64,000 bases of DNA from Eledone cirrhosa (GCA_964016885.1 OZ024745.1:129952001-130016000); one strand, 5' to 3'; counted from the stretch's first letter, positions 1-14,030 are shown. Numbers and translations: made by a program. The notes: generated by a model not told the origin, from the sequence alone.

Positions 1-170
1 AACGTTAAGAGTAAAACTTTAATTTGCTGAGGCTTATGTTTGATATTAATCTGATATATCTAATCGTAATCTGCTACTACACCCAGAAAAGAACCATTAT
101 GTTGACTACAAAAAAGAACACATTTTCGTTTCAAATTATATATATATATATATTCATTATTATTAGTAGT

Positions 171-272
171 AGGTTAACTTTGCTTTCGTCCTTACGGGGT
201 CGATAAAATAAAGTACTAGTAATGCGCTGGGGTAATAGCTGGCCTTGTGCCAAACGTAGAAACAATTATTAT
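171..272 (+). mobile_element. tRNA-derived SINE family 1, 5'-truncated
   Basis: Matches the 3' half (ggttaactttgc...tacggggtcgataaaataaagtac...gccaaa.gtagaaacaattatt) of the full copy at 14844-15031. Confidence 0.85.
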
Positions 273-282
273 TAGTAGTAGT

Positions 283-484
283 ACAGATTAAAGTTTAAAC
301 AAAGAATCGCTGCTTTCACCCTTTTACGATATCTTCTGAAAATGATAGCTGTCAAAACGGCCGGAGCTCAGCCGTCAGGGTCCTGAAAAGATTCATGACT
401 CTGACAGCTAGATCCGTTATGGTCGGATCTAGCTGTCAAAACGGCCGGCGCTCAGCCTTCAGCAGGGTCCTGAATCTTTTCATG
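283..484. mobile_element. Composite of PLE-end family B fragment and family A-like hairpin fragment
   Basis: cagattaaagtttaa.caaagaatcgctgctttcaccc matches 8880-8945. The hairpin tgacagctagatccg/cggatctagctgtca followed by aaacggcc..gctcagccgtcagggtc resembles family A at 13600-13700. Confidence 0.6.
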
Positions 485-1964
485 TATATATATGCATTTA
501 TCCATTAAACTATGGACGCTATTCAACATATATAATTAGAAATTACATGAAAATGTAACTTTAGAATATTGTTTGTATCCAGTAATCAATTACAGACAGA
601 TTTATATATTAAGAGAATTCATAAGAGAATAGGAAACTCTATGGGTGCAGTTCAATAGCGAACTGAAATAACTAATGCTGATATGGTACAGATGACAAGA
701 GTAATACAGTAACAAAGACAAGCCTCCTGCAACTTAGTAAAACTAGAAGTCTTATAAAAATTGATTTACTCAAAATTAGTTTCTTTTCTAATTTAGCGAC
801 CCGCTCTAGGCAGAGAGCCTGTCACTCTCTCCCATCTTACTCTCTTTCTTCCGTAGTTTAATATTCCTTGCTCTTTCCCTCCTTTTACTCTTATTTATGG
901 CATTTATAGTCCTCTCTTCTTCTTTCCTATACAGCTAAATATTTATTCCTTCTTTACCCATCCCCATTTTTATCATTAATTCATTTCGTTTTATCTTGCT
1001 TTATTCTTTTAATATTTTCATAATTGTATAACTTCTTTTTGTAAAATATAGTTGACATAATATTCAAATTATATTCCACCCAAATTATACTATAAACCAT
1101 CTAGTGGAAGTACCAGCCTACTACGCTCACCAACGCCCTGAATCTTATTTTTCTCAACAGCCATATCTATTTATTTGATATATATAATAATCCACAGGAA
1201 AATTATCAAAACCTGCGCTGTTTGAAGCCCAATTAAAATTTATGTCAGGATTTTATTTTGTAAACAGGTTGATGATTGCAACAGCCATCGTCTATTTCGC
1301 TTCACTATTAATAAAGCTTATCTGCCTGAATGTTGCATACTTACTTTTTGAATCGTAAATATATTTCTTTTTTGTCTTAAAACATGAGGAAAACCGAGAG
1401 AGCAAGCAAGAGAGAAAGAGAGACGGATATAAGTGAAAGAAAGGGAAAGAGTGATAATATTGAATGAAATGAAAGCGAATGAAAGTAAATTAAAATTAAA
1501 AAATATACACAAGATGGATGCATTCCAATTTGGTTAAAATTAGCCACATGAAATTCACATCATTACAGATATTTGTCAAATTTGAGAACCAAATAAAAAA
1601 AAATTATTTATACTGATGAAACTTAATTGTGGCTGCAATGAAATTTCTGCGGCATGCTTTCTTCATTTCTCCTCATGTTATATTTCAAGGAAATCAAATT
1701 GCATCTTCATGTTGTTATTATGAAGGCAATTATTTTATTTTAAAATGTTTGTTAAAATGTTTGTTAAAATTAATTTTTTTTAAATATATTTTTTATTATA
1801 CTTGACATCAAATGAAATTGGACAAATATTCCGAGTCGGAACTTAACTAAATAAATACTTCACAAGAAAATGAGAATATTTAATTAATTCACATTAATTA
1901 AGATAATTATATTAATATATATATATACATGTATATATACATACGTATATATGTATATATGCAT

Positions 1965-2048
<84 letters not shown>

Positions 2049-2266
2049 TCGCATATAAGTATAAGTATACGGACAAATCGAAACTCACACTCATGCTCGT
2101 ATATAATTATATATGCCTGTATGAGGGATATCAATTTAAATCTATATAAGTGATTTCGATTTGCCTGTGTAAATACACATGTATAACCAGAGGCTCTGTG
2201 AGACCACATGATCATACATTTGTGAATAGATTTAAATACACACATGTATTCGTGTGTACTTAAATA

Positions 2267-2306
<40 letters not shown>

Positions 2307-2312
<6 letters not shown>

Positions 2313-2510
2313 TAACAGATTAAAGTTTAAGCAAAGAATCGGTGCTTTCACCCTTAATGGGATCTTCTGAAACTAACAAAGTCAATCTGTGAACACAGAA
2401 GTGAATATTTGAAAAAACGTTGCAACCGTATATAAATATATATATATATATAATAGAATAGTGAACGAAAAATCAGTGATGCATCTGAAACTCAATTTAT
2501 TGTGTGTTAC

Positions 2511-2574
<64 letters not shown>

Positions 2575-2650
2575 TTTAGTTTCAGAAGATCCCGTTAAGG
2601 GTAAAAGAAGTGATTCTTTGCTTAAACTTTAATCTGTTATTTTAATAAAT
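2307..2650. mobile_element. Inverted pair of PLE-end family B fragments around (TA)n/(TG)n
   Basis: 2307-2428 (ttaaaataacagattaaag...) and 2571-2650 (...ctttaatctgttattttaataaat) are reverse complements; both match 8873-9000. Confidence 0.75.
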
Positions 2651-4774
2651 ATACATATATATATATATGTATGTATGAAATAACAAAATATCACATTTAA
2701 TGCCTTTATTGTAATTTAGACCCGCATGTTATGGCAATGATAAGTAATGAAGACCTTGTGGCTAGACCTTCGTACATTGATGTCCATTATAAAATGCATA
2801 TGCAATGAAGCCACCACAAAACGATGACTACTTTACTAAATAATAAAGCCTGTCCTAGAATTATTTGAAAAGCTGCAACCCTTAACAGACATTTATATTA
2901 TTCACTGAAACAAAATCGATATTGTCCGATTGAAGTGATCTCCTTGCCGTAATTTCCGCCATTTTCCTCTTATTTCTAATTCAAAATTCTTTATATAGCG
3001 GCCAGCTTATGTGACTTTTTCAGTTGTTACTTCATTTCTCTTTATATATTGCCTTAAATTTGCTTTTAATAACACCACTAAACCGTCTTATTGTATTGTA
3101 TGTAACTGAGTATAAAGGCATGTGGATATGGTACAGGCGCTATGTATGTATTAATCAATAATCTCGAATTATGTATTCGTGGAATGGGGTTTTAATGTGA
3201 TCGATGTGTGCAGTAGAGGAAATTGTTAAGCTTTTTATAAATGGTATGTATCAGTGTAATATTTCGCTTGAAAATCAATGCAATTAATGAGTATAATATA
3301 ATTGATAGTATTGTTATTGCAATTCCCGAATATAAGAGATGTTTGATCTCATATAAACCTCCTAACGCCATTCATATTTCTAACATAAAGGATACTACTA
3401 TGATCCATCACACTGTCAAATATCTTTGCATCATATAACTCACACCCGTCATAGATTTGCTTCTAAAGAAAACAATGTGCACTATTGTTATTATATTCGT
3501 GATAATTCATCGCGTAAACATTTTAGCGACAACAGAAATTGTTTTGTTTCAGTCCATTTTTCGTGCAGTAATACATTTAACAAAATTATATCTTTTAAAC
3601 ATCATAATATTAATCCTCATGTTTTAGCATAGCAAGAATATTCTTCATTAATATACGAGATTTATTATCTAATTAAATTTTTATGCATTCCTAATGGCCC
3701 CAAAATACTGAAATTTCAAATTAGTGATTCTTTAAATAATTATAATTAAAATTTAGCTACGAACTACGATTTTGAGTGCTGAATACCACATAATTGAGAT
3801 ATTAAACCAAATATTTTAATAATACTCCCAAAACAGAGTTTTGCAATTTTCTCAACAATTTTTGTTGGTGTATTTTATATAGTATCAAATTCATGGAAAA
3901 TTGCGGAATTTGAGTGAAGGATTGTCTGTAAGAAAATAGTATATGGAATGTAAAATTATAAACTTATCAGTGAACATTGGAAAATGTGGTAGTGTTATGT
4001 GATAGATGCTTGCTTGATTTCTGAAGATATCTTCTGAAATTTGTTGTTTGTCTTGATAGTCTACCATCATTTGGGTTAAGATTTGGTTTGCATATGTTCA
4101 TTCTCTTTAGATCAAACATTTTATTTTCATTTCGCTCATCCTAGAAATAGTACGTAATTGCACTGATTCGGTTAACTCTTTGGAAATATCTACCATATAG
4201 CTCTTAGTAAAAAAAAAACACACTCACTGATGTTTTATGGCAAAGATTCAGAGATTAATTGATAACAGATTAACCGTTTAATGTTTCTAGTGTAGTGTGA
4301 TCTAAACAACAGCCTCCACTAGAGAAACCGAGAAGAAAATGTTATTATTTCGGATAAATATTATATATAATGTTTAATTCAAATCATTTAAAATTTCGGA
4401 ATAGATTCCAATTTTTTATTATAAAAAAGGAACCACCAGAAATTCTATCAGAGAAAAGAGTTTAGGAAGATTTTCATCGAATAATTTAACACGAAATCCC
4501 GTACACTATTATATAAGTTGGCTAGGCATCATCGTAATTTTAAGTCATGATTCAGACACAAGACCAGAATGTTAAGAAAGGGAAACAGTCATTTACCTCA
4601 GCCTAGTAATTAATCGGTGCATAATTGTAACAACTCCGAAATGATGACATCGATGGGATATGGAGAGTGAACGTAAGATGAGATGGCTATTGAAATACGT
4701 ATAGTGCTTTTTGCAAGATTAAAACATTAAGGAATACTTCCAGTCCGGCCGTCTCTTATTTCTAAATGAATATG

Positions 4775-4860
<86 letters not shown>

Positions 4861-4861
<1 letters not shown>

Positions 4862-5695
4862 TTAGGTTTGTTGGTTCACCACTGGATAGAATTCCGTATG
4901 GTCAATCTTGGTGTAATATTGTGGAGAGTACTCAACGTAGTACAGTTCACCCGTTTTCATTTGTGTAGTTGGTGGTGCGAATAGAATAAAAAAGGGGAAG
5001 AAAGAAAGAAGAAAAAGAAGAAAGAAGTCAGCGTAAGGGTCACACTACAGTCAAGGTAGAAAACGCCGCGAAAAATGTTATTCTAAAGAATCTATATTTT
5101 AACAAAGGCATATATAATGGGTGTCTGTATGGTCTAATGTGTAAACAGAAAATTGGAACGTTAAACTTATGTTACGAGTTATAGGATGAAATTAAATTAA
5201 AAAATAATAAATTGAAAATTGGAAAATAAAAGAAAAAATTATTTAATGAACTTACAGAGAGAGTCTTATATGAAAAAGTTACTCTCGATAAGATATCAGG
5301 GTGGGATAATAGAGTAAAGATTAAAGCCTTCAATTGTGAAGCCAGCCAGCACTTCCTAACTACGTGTCAGCCAGTTTCGAGTGGTGTCGTCCAGCGAAAG
5401 AAATGGAAATTAATTTGTCCGAGTACTCCAGGAACGTAGCTACCTTAGGCTCCGGGTGTGTTAGCGGGAAGTCTACAATTTCGACAGGCCATTGTCAGTA
5501 CCAAACGAATACTATTAATTCACACATGAGAGGTTTATTTATGTGCCAATAGAGGCATGATACAGCTAACAGTTATGCTTAAGCCTAGAGTTTATAGGGA
5601 TAAGTATAATATGGCGGCCAAAACCGGCGTCGCGGCGGGCCCGGGGCAAAGTATCCGCTCCGAGTAATTTCGTTTACCGAAAGAGGGGAAATTTA
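4861..5695 (-). mobile_element. PLE-end family E, long 3' non-coding fragment
   Basis: 4861-4982 is the reverse complement of 24970-25092; both abut (TA)n. Extent beyond 4985 is inferred from the next (TA)n tract. Confidence 0.5.
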
Positions 5696-5750
5696 TTTAT
5701 ACATATATATATATACATATATTGTATATATATATATATATATATACATA

Positions 5751-6195
5751 GTTTTCATCCTCAGTGTATACTGGTTAATGTTCAGAGCCATCCTCAGCAT
5801 TCTCGTGTAGCACCCATCCACCATCTGAGTGAGTTTCTTGGTCAGTGTCCAAGTCTCAGACCCATACAGCAGCACATACTCCACTACAGCAATGGAGAGC
5901 GGATTTTCAGGTCTCTACGAAGGTCCGCTCAAAAGTGACACAGAGGAGACTGAGGTTAGCTGGACATGTTCACCGACATCCAGAGTTGACACTGCACTCA
6001 GTGCTCCTTTGGGAGCCCCTACATGGACACACTAGAAGAGGAAGACCAAGGTTAACGTATGTTGATGCCCTAAGGACAGACACTGGTCTGTTGGAGACGC
6101 AGGACATGGCAGCGATAATGAGGGACAGAGACCGCTGGAGAGAACTCGTCCATGGATCTCGGGAATTTTGCCCGCCTTAGATAGATAGATAGATA
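5751..6195 (+). mobile_element. RTE-clade LINE 3' fragment with 5' inversion
   Basis: Minus 5751-5912 encodes VLLYGSETWTLTKKLTQMVDGCYTRMLR. Plus 5926-6180 encodes RRLRLAGHVHRH...RRGRPRLTYVD...DRDRWR, the RTE ORF C-terminus. (TAGA)n tail. Confidence 0.9.
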
Positions 6196-6679
6196 TATAC
6201 ATAGTATCTTAATGCACGTCTCTCTCCAGAATCCAGTTCGACGCTTTGTTTGCTGAAATATTTTGAGGAATCTAGAATAACAAGTATCGCGACATCAAAG
6301 ATGGAATTTGCCTATGTGCCATCTTTGTTTTGAAAAGTCACTCGAACTCATGTTCACGCTTTAAACATAAGCAATATCACTACTTATGCTCAAGTGTACG
6401 TCCTTTAATTTCTTAACATTATCTTTTCAACAATTTCTTTCTCAACACATTTTCTCCACAGCCATAGATAGAAGTGATATTCAAATCCTTTGATGTTATG
6501 TTGTATCTAAATATATTTCACACATTTTGTATAATGTCTATCTATATATACAAGCGCAACATTATTTCACATTCACACCAAAGCACACACACGCACAAGC
6601 ACACGCGCGTACACAAACGCACACCCATATATGTAGACAGATAGATATGTGTTTGTATATACATATATATGTATATATA

Positions 6680-6713
<34 letters not shown>

Positions 6714-6740
6714 AATATATATATATAAATATATATATAT

Positions 6741-6851
<111 letters not shown>

Positions 6852-6856
6852 CATAC

Positions 6857-6887
<31 letters not shown>

Positions 6888-6890
6888 TCG

Positions 6891-6930
6891 TTTCTTATTG
6901 GCAACATGACTCTCCCAAAGCATAACAATA
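6891..6930 (+). repeat. Family F short tail repeat between (TA)n tracts
   Basis: tttcttattggcaacatgac.ctcccaaag.ataacaat recurs at 19787-19825 and 49177-49216. Confidence 0.75.
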
Positions 6931-7060
6931 TATATATATTTATACAAACACACACACACACACATATATATATTTATATATGTATAGGTATATATACGTA
7001 CACACATAACTACGTATTCGTGCATATGGATATCTGTATTTCTATCCCTGTCTATCCAGG

Positions 7061-7108
<48 letters not shown>

Positions 7109-7121
7109 TCTCTCTCTCTCG

Positions 7122-7164
<43 letters not shown>

Positions 7165-7274
7165 TCTCTCTTTCTCTATATATATAAATATACACGCACA
7201 CACACACATATATATATATATGTAGATATATGTATAAATATGCATTTAGTTATACACACATACGCACACGTATG

Positions 7275-7312
<38 letters not shown>

Positions 7313-7399
7313 CATACATACAGATATTTGCATACAACCCATAAGTACATATGTGTATGCATATATATGTATGTATGTATATATATATATATGTGTGTG

Positions 7400-7485
<86 letters not shown>

Positions 7486-7711
7486 TGGGTGTGTGCGTGT
7501 GTGCATGCGTGTGGGTGTGTGTGTGTATATCTGCACACTTACATTTATGTATCAGCTGTGCTGAGGCGAGAAATAACATTCTGATTTCATTTTTGATATT
7601 CGACAAGGCCAGCCGTGACTCGATCGGTATGCAAATGAGGCTACTCAGCCGATGTGTACTTAAGAAAATACTATATACTTTCAACTTTTCAACAGACTGG
7701 CAGAGGAATAG

Positions 7712-7750
7712 GGTCCTGATGAAGGGTAATGACTCAGAAACATGTTGATT
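7712..7750 (+). ncRNA. Minimal type I hammerhead ribozyme
   Basis: ggtc-CTGATGA-a-gggt aatg actc-a-GAAA-catg-TT-gatt: stem I with G-U pairs, stem II, and palindromic ACATGT stem III. Confidence 0.7.
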
Positions 7751-7907
7751 GTTCCTCAAAGTCAATGTTGAACAAACAGTTGACGACCGGTCACCGACAC
7801 GGTGCAGCGCCAAATCGGGCTGTTTACAAATGAATCATACCTTAATATTAGTGTTCGATATAATCCATACGTACATATGTGTATGTATATATGGGTGTAT
7901 ATGTAAT

Positions 7908-7953
<46 letters not shown>

Positions 7954-7989
7954 ATGTATATATGGGTGTGTATGTGATCAATATATCTA

Positions 7990-8034
<45 letters not shown>

Positions 8035-8093
8035 ATGTATATATGGGTTTGTATGTAATCAATATATATATATTGTTCCCACACACTTCTCAC

Positions 8094-8124
8094 CTGAGGA
8101 AGGGCTTATGCCCGAAACGTCGTC
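8094..8124 (+). ncRNA. Minimal hammerhead core (stem I not evident) in a PLE-type 3' end
   Basis: CTGAGGA-a-gggc ttat gccc-GAAAC gtc GTC, followed by AATAAA near 8160 and (TA)n. Confidence 0.65.
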
Positions 8125-8228
8125 CCCCACCAAGACCCCACTCTCCAGAGCGTGAAATTAATAAACATTCGTTGTACTGCCTCTCTGTTTAGTCCCTGTT
8201 CAAATTTTTCCATTATATATATATATAT

Positions 8229-8783
8229 AGGGCGGGTAAAATTCCCGAGATCCATGGACGAGTTCTCTCCAATGGTTTCTGTCCCTCATTATCTCTGCCA
8301 TCCAACAGACCAGTGTCTGTCCTTAGGGCATCAACATACGTTAACCTTGATCTTCCTCTTCCCGTGTGTCCATGTAGGGGCTCCCACAGGAGCACTGAGT
8401 GCAATGTCAACTCTGGATGTTGGTGAGCATGTCCAGCTAACCTCAGACTCCTCTGTGTCACTTTTGAGCTGACTTTTGGGAGAATGTTGAGAAGCCAGAG
8501 GGGATCGCTAATGTAGGCGGGAAGCCGCTAGAATTGGTTGAGCACTTCCTGTATTTGAGAGCAAAGATTGGGAATACGGAAGATGATGTGGTTGAGAGGA
8601 AGAGCAAAGCCTGGGCGGCGTGCCAAAGCTTGTGATCGGTGTGGAAGTCGGACATTCGTAAACACCTGAAAATCCGCCTCTTCATTGCTGTAGTAGAGTC
8701 TGTGCTGCTGTACGGGTCTGAGACTTGGATACGGACCAAGAAACCCATTCAGATGTTGGATGGGTGCTACACGAGATGCTGAG

Positions 8784-8787
<4 letters not shown>
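8229..8787 (-). mobile_element. RTE-clade LINE 3' fragment with 5' inversion, second copy
   Basis: Minus 8229-8469 encodes SLRLAGHAHQHPELTLHSVLLWEP. Plus 8470-8787 encodes LELVEHFLYL...VESVLLYGSETW...LDGCYTR. Same family as 5751-6195. Confidence 0.9.
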
Positions 8788-8872
<85 letters not shown>

Positions 8873-8874
<2 letters not shown>

Positions 8875-9175
8875 TTATTAAAATAACAGATTAAATTTTA
8901 AGTAAAGAATCGCTGCTTTCACCCTTAACGGGATCTTCTAAAACTAACAAAGTCAATCTGTGAACGCAGAAGTGAATATTTCAAAAAACGTTGCAACCGG
9001 AGGAAGACAGGAAGACGATACTTTGGTTCGTGGAAACGTTCCCTGGCAAAGAACGGGAAAAAACGAATATAATATGTCATTATAAATATTTGCTCTACGT
9101 TTCTTATATATTTGATATATATTTATCCTTATCGAGCCCTCTTTGGATTTTAGTCTTCAAATTTATTACTATTAC

Positions 9176-9180
<5 letters not shown>
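8873..9180. mobile_element. PLE-end family B (inverted arm plus tail) between (TA)n tracts
   Basis: Parts recur at 283, 2307, 2571, 24757, 40808-40930, 42323-42583 and 48051-48123. Confidence 0.75.
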
Positions 9181-9236
<56 letters not shown>

Positions 9237-9374
9237 AGTGTAATTTTCTACACAACACGAAGGTTATAGAGAAAATTGAGGTTGGTAATGGCACATGGAA
9301 TATATAAGAGACAGAATACTTTTTTGTGAAAAAACATGTAATTTTATAAGGTAAGAAAATAATAAATGGTATAA

Positions 9375-9422
9375 AAAATGACCGGTTTCGATGGGTCTGC
9401 AAAAGCCATCTTTTCAAATGTT
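9375..9422 (-). ncRNA. Hammerhead ribozyme, U3:A8 variant (pLTR copy 1)
   Basis: aacat-TTGAAAA-gatgg..ccatc-GAAA-ccgg-TC-atttt on the minus strand. Confidence 0.6.
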
Positions 9423-9768
9423 GATTAATATTAAGAAAAATTAATAATACGAAGAGTTAAAATTTGAGATTTGAAAATTCAAGTATAAAATTCATTGTGG
9501 GATTTCATAGTAGTTTTCATCTAGGTAGCAACATGTTGACTGCTGTGTGCCTTTCTGGTAGTGAATGAGAAGTTATTTGGGGGTGTGGGTTATTTTATAA
9601 AGGTCAGACTTAGCAATGGCCAGCTGGCCAGCTGCTGGTCAGTGAGGGGGTGGAAGCAATATACATACATATATCTTCCTGTGGTTGGTAGGAGAGGGGA
9701 GCGTGATAGAAAGGGATTTAGTGCACTTACACCTATATATATACACACATACCTTCATCCACACATAC

Positions 9769-9801
<33 letters not shown>

Positions 9802-10574
9802 TATATATATACATATACACACATACATACACACACACATACATATACATACACACATACACACACATATATATACACATACACACACATATATATATAC
9901 ACACACACACATATATATATACACATACACATACATCCAGATACACACATACATACACACACACACACACACATATATATATACATACACACATACAAAC
10001 ACACACACACACACACACATATATACACATACACACACATATATATACACACACACACATATATATATATATACACATACGCATACATCCAGATACACAC
10101 ATACATACACACACACACACACGCACACACAATACATACATCCACATGCACACACATACACACACACGCACATATACACATACATACACCCGCACACAGA
10201 GAAATGGCCTCCAAACATATATATATATATACATACATACACATATATTTTTTCCATAATATAAGAAGTTAGGACAGTGAAATTAAAATACAAGTCATTC
10301 TGGTCACATTGAGTTCTTCATGTAGATTGGGCCCCGCAACCGACAGTGGTGAATTCTGTGTGCGCATATATATATAGATATATGTGTGTGCACGTGCAGG
10401 GTTTAACATGGATGTGTTGGTCACACAAAGGCATGGTCTGTCAACGAATAAACCTGATTCTACAGAATTTCGTCTCTGGTCTTTAATAGTAGTGATAATT
10501 ATATACATGCACACATACAAACACACATATCTCTGTCACTCCGTGCGTATGTGTGTTTATATTTTATGACAATT

Positions 10575-11529
10575 CTATTGAGGTGATAACCCGTTTAGTT
10601 TTGGTTTAAATTTGTTAAGGAATAGATTTTCTTTGTTTATTCTTTGTTGCTGTGTGAACGAATCTGAGCACTTGTAGAAGGGGAAGATTTTAAAGTTGGG
10701 TAGTGTCATTCCTGCGCAGTTCGCAATATGGCTGCTCAAGGGGATTTTTCTTGTGTTAGCGTCCCGGATTTGTTGGCGGTGGATGGTCATTCTTTTGCGT
10801 AATGAGGTGCCCGTCTGTCCTATGTAGTTGTGTTTTCACCCACCGCAAGTTATTGCGTAAATCAAGTTCTCCGAGTTGCAGGTGAAATTGTTTTTTACTG
10901 TAAATGTTTGGCCATCTTTGAATGTAAATGTTTGTCCTTCAGTGAGGTAGAGGCACGTTCCACAGTTTGTTCTACCACATTTGGTAACTGTAGGGTTGAG
11001 GATTGGTTTGGGTATATTTGTTCCAGTGAGAATGCGTTTTAGTGATTTGCGTTGTCTTTTACTTTTAAGGATCTTGTGTGTTTCAAGAATAGACTTCATT
11101 TTTACATCTTTAAGTAGAATGGGGAGGTTTTTGTGTAGGTGATCAAACATTTCGGTATTTCTGGGGTTCAAAGTGGATACATATGGCAGGGTGTTGAGTG
11201 TGGTTTTTCTGTTTTGGATTGTTAAGTTGATGGGGATTTAGGTGTTTTGCCCTGTCTATTCCGTTGTTGATTATTTCAAGTGGAAAGGCTCTTAAGATAA
11301 GGGTGTCTTTTAGTTCCTTTAGTCTTTGCTCCCGTTTAGGTGGATCTGATACTATGGTACATATACGTTTGTAAGGAATGTTAAGTTTTGTATGTTTTGG
11401 GTGACTTGATGTGAAAAAGAGGTATTGCTTGGAATCTGTGGGTTTATAGAATATATCTGTATCTAATTTCCCGTCTATTACAGAGATGAGAATAACCAAG
11501 AAGGCTAATTCCTTCGGATTGGATTCCAT
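10575..11529 (-). pseudogene. PLE RT C-terminus, Zn-finger linker and GIY-YIG endonuclease (disrupted)
   Basis: LAFLVILI...DIFYKPTDSKQYLFFTSSHPKH; CGRTNCGTC linker; NLIYAITCGG*KHNYIGQTGTSLRKRMTIH...KENLFLNKFKPKLN. Frameshift near 11150-11190 and in-frame TGA at 10836-10838. Confidence 0.9.
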
Positions 11530-11544
11530 TGTGAATTGTATGTT

Positions 11545-11672
11545 ATTATCTATGTTGTTTACAGGAAGATATATGTATGTATATATATATTATCTATGTT
11601 GTTTACAGGAAGATATATGTATGTATATATATATTATCTATGTTGTTTACAGGAAGATATATGTATGTATAT
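11545..11672. repeat. About 44-bp tandem repeat x3 at the PLE 5' junction
   Basis: ttatctatgttgtttacaggaagatatatgtatgtatat(at)n repeated three times. Confidence 0.85.
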
Positions 11673-11908
11673 TGCTTCCACCCCCTCACTGACCAGCAGC
11701 TGGCCAGCTGGCCATTGCTAAGTCTGACCTTTATAAAATAACCCACATCCCCAAATAACTTCTCATTCACTACCAGAAAGGCACACAGCAGTCAACATGT
11801 TGCTACCAAGATGAAAACTACTATGAAATCCCACAATGAATTTTATACTTGAATTTTCAAATCTCAAATTTTAACTCTTCGTATTATTAATTTTTCTTAA
11901 TATTAATC

Positions 11909-11956
11909 AACATTTGAAAAGATGGCTTTTGCAGACCCATCGAAACCGGTCATTTT
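11909..11956 (+). ncRNA. Hammerhead ribozyme, U3:A8 variant (pLTR copy 2)
   Basis: aacat-TTGAAAA-gatgg cttttgcagac ccatc-GAAA-ccgg-TC-atttt. Confidence 0.6.
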
Positions 11957-12042
11957 TTATACCCTTTATTATTTCCTTACTTTATAAAATTATATGTTTT
12001 TTCACAAAAAAGTATTCTGTCTCTTATATATTCCAACCTCAA

Positions 12043-12220
<178 letters not shown>

Positions 12221-12229
12221 TTGAGGTTG

Positions 12230-12264
<35 letters not shown>

Positions 12265-12825
12265 CGTGTGTGTGTGTGTATGTGTGTGTGTGTACGCGTG
12301 CATACTTACATTTAAGTATCAGCTGTATTAGGGCAAGAAATAAAATTCAGATTTTATTTTTTCCATATATATGTATATATTCATATATATGTGTATGTGT
12401 AAATATCTATATATTTTAAAGTCATATCATTTTTTGCTGAATAATTTATTATGTTGGCTATATTTTTTCCGTGGAATTCTCATTTTATTTCAATGGTGAA
12501 ATAATAAATATGGTTGGATAAGAAGGTTCTTTGTTTTGTTTATTGGTGTCTAAATTTTTCTTTGCTATATATGGTTATATACGTGTCCGGCGAAAGAAAC
12601 ATGCACCCGCGATTAACGATACAGATATTTCGCAGTGTGTCGCAACACAGATGTTAGCCCTTTGAAGTTCGTTACTAAAAACATCAGCATGACAAAAGCA
12701 ATTGCTCAGACCTTACAAGTCAATTATGCAAAATGTAGATGTCGAAATGTCCGCATTGTATTCGGGGTGATTCCCAAGTGTCTAGTCCAAAGGCTATCTC
12801 AATTGAGGAAGCTCGTGGAGCCGGT

Positions 12826-12980
12826 GTTTATCCCGGTTGCGTGGCGTGAATTACTTGAGTATAAAATACTTCTCCCTGGACAGGACGTCAGTCTATCTCA
12901 GAGTTAAACCATATTATTTCTGGTAATAATTTTCAAGGGCCTATACTAGAGCAACGTTAAATAAAGTATTTTGAGCAAAC
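12826..12980 (-). mobile_element. Degenerate SINE family 2 fragment
   Basis: gagcaacgttaaataaagt is the reverse complement of actttatttcacgttgctc in the copies at 55411 and 57257. Confidence 0.5.
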
Positions 12981-13164
12981 ACTTCATTTGGCGGCAGTGC
13001 GTCTCTCATATTTATATTGAAATGTGTCTCCTACAGAAGTAATTTTGTTGCGAAGGAAAGAATCTTGACTGAATGTACGGACTGGCATAACGACCCTCAA
13101 TTAATCAAACCATCCATAAATGAGAAAACAAATTGACAAGAAAGACACACGTATTCAGTCGGCC

Positions 13165-13283
<119 letters not shown>

Positions 13284-13455
13284 AAATAAGTAAGTCAAAC
13301 ATGTAAATTTTGGCTTCGTACATTATAAATGCTCAGGCAGTACGAATTAATGTGGAAAAGACAGGTAAACATGTTGAAATGTGTTCCACTCTGTCAATTC
13401 ATCGATATGTCCAGCTCCTGGGTGTTTTGTTAGTCCTCCGAAGAACTGGAATCAT

Positions 13456-13508
<53 letters not shown>

Positions 13509-13512
<4 letters not shown>

Positions 13513-13702
13513 CGAAGGAAATGTGGTAAGGAGCCAGGTTAACCATAACGCACCAAAGTACTCAATACTTAGGGTAGTAGAGTGGGTAATAGGAACGAGT
13601 AGGACCCCGACGGCTGAGCTCAAGCCGTTTTGACGGCTAATTCTGGTCCAGAATTAGCCCTCGAAACGGCTTGAGCTCAGCCGTCGAGGTCCTACTCGTT
13701 CC
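13509..13702. mobile_element. PLE-end family A fold-back copy
   Basis: Palindrome arms 13592-13646 and 13648-13702 plus an 83-nt unpaired tail, flanked by (TA)n. Relatives at 24558, 34329, 36183, 52952 and 53771. Confidence 0.85.
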
Positions 13703-13747
13703 TATATATATATATGTAATCTTAGTTTTCCGAATAGTAATGATAGC

Positions 13748-13924
13748 TTCTACTTTTGGCACAAGGACAGCAATAACCCAGTGCATTACTGGTACTTTAT
13801 TTTATCGACCCCGTAAGGATGAAAGACAAAGTTAATCTCGGCGGGATTTTAACTCAGATCGTAAAGGGACGTAACTATGCTGCAAGGCGTGTCCGACCTT
13901 CTACCGATACTGCCAATTCACCGA
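13748..13924 (-). mobile_element. SINE family 1
   Basis: Reverse complement of 14844-15031. Confidence 0.9.
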
Positions 13925-14030
13925 ATATTAATAATAATATTCGATTCATCTGCAATTATGCAAACATCCTCTTTTATAAGCCACATCAGTAGAATGAGCC
14001 TCTCATTCTCGCACTTGTGTTGGCATGCAG

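Noticed and set aside
1605-1655. CTGATGA...GAAA hammerhead-like string
   Set aside because: No stem I pairing and stem II is not adjacent to the core
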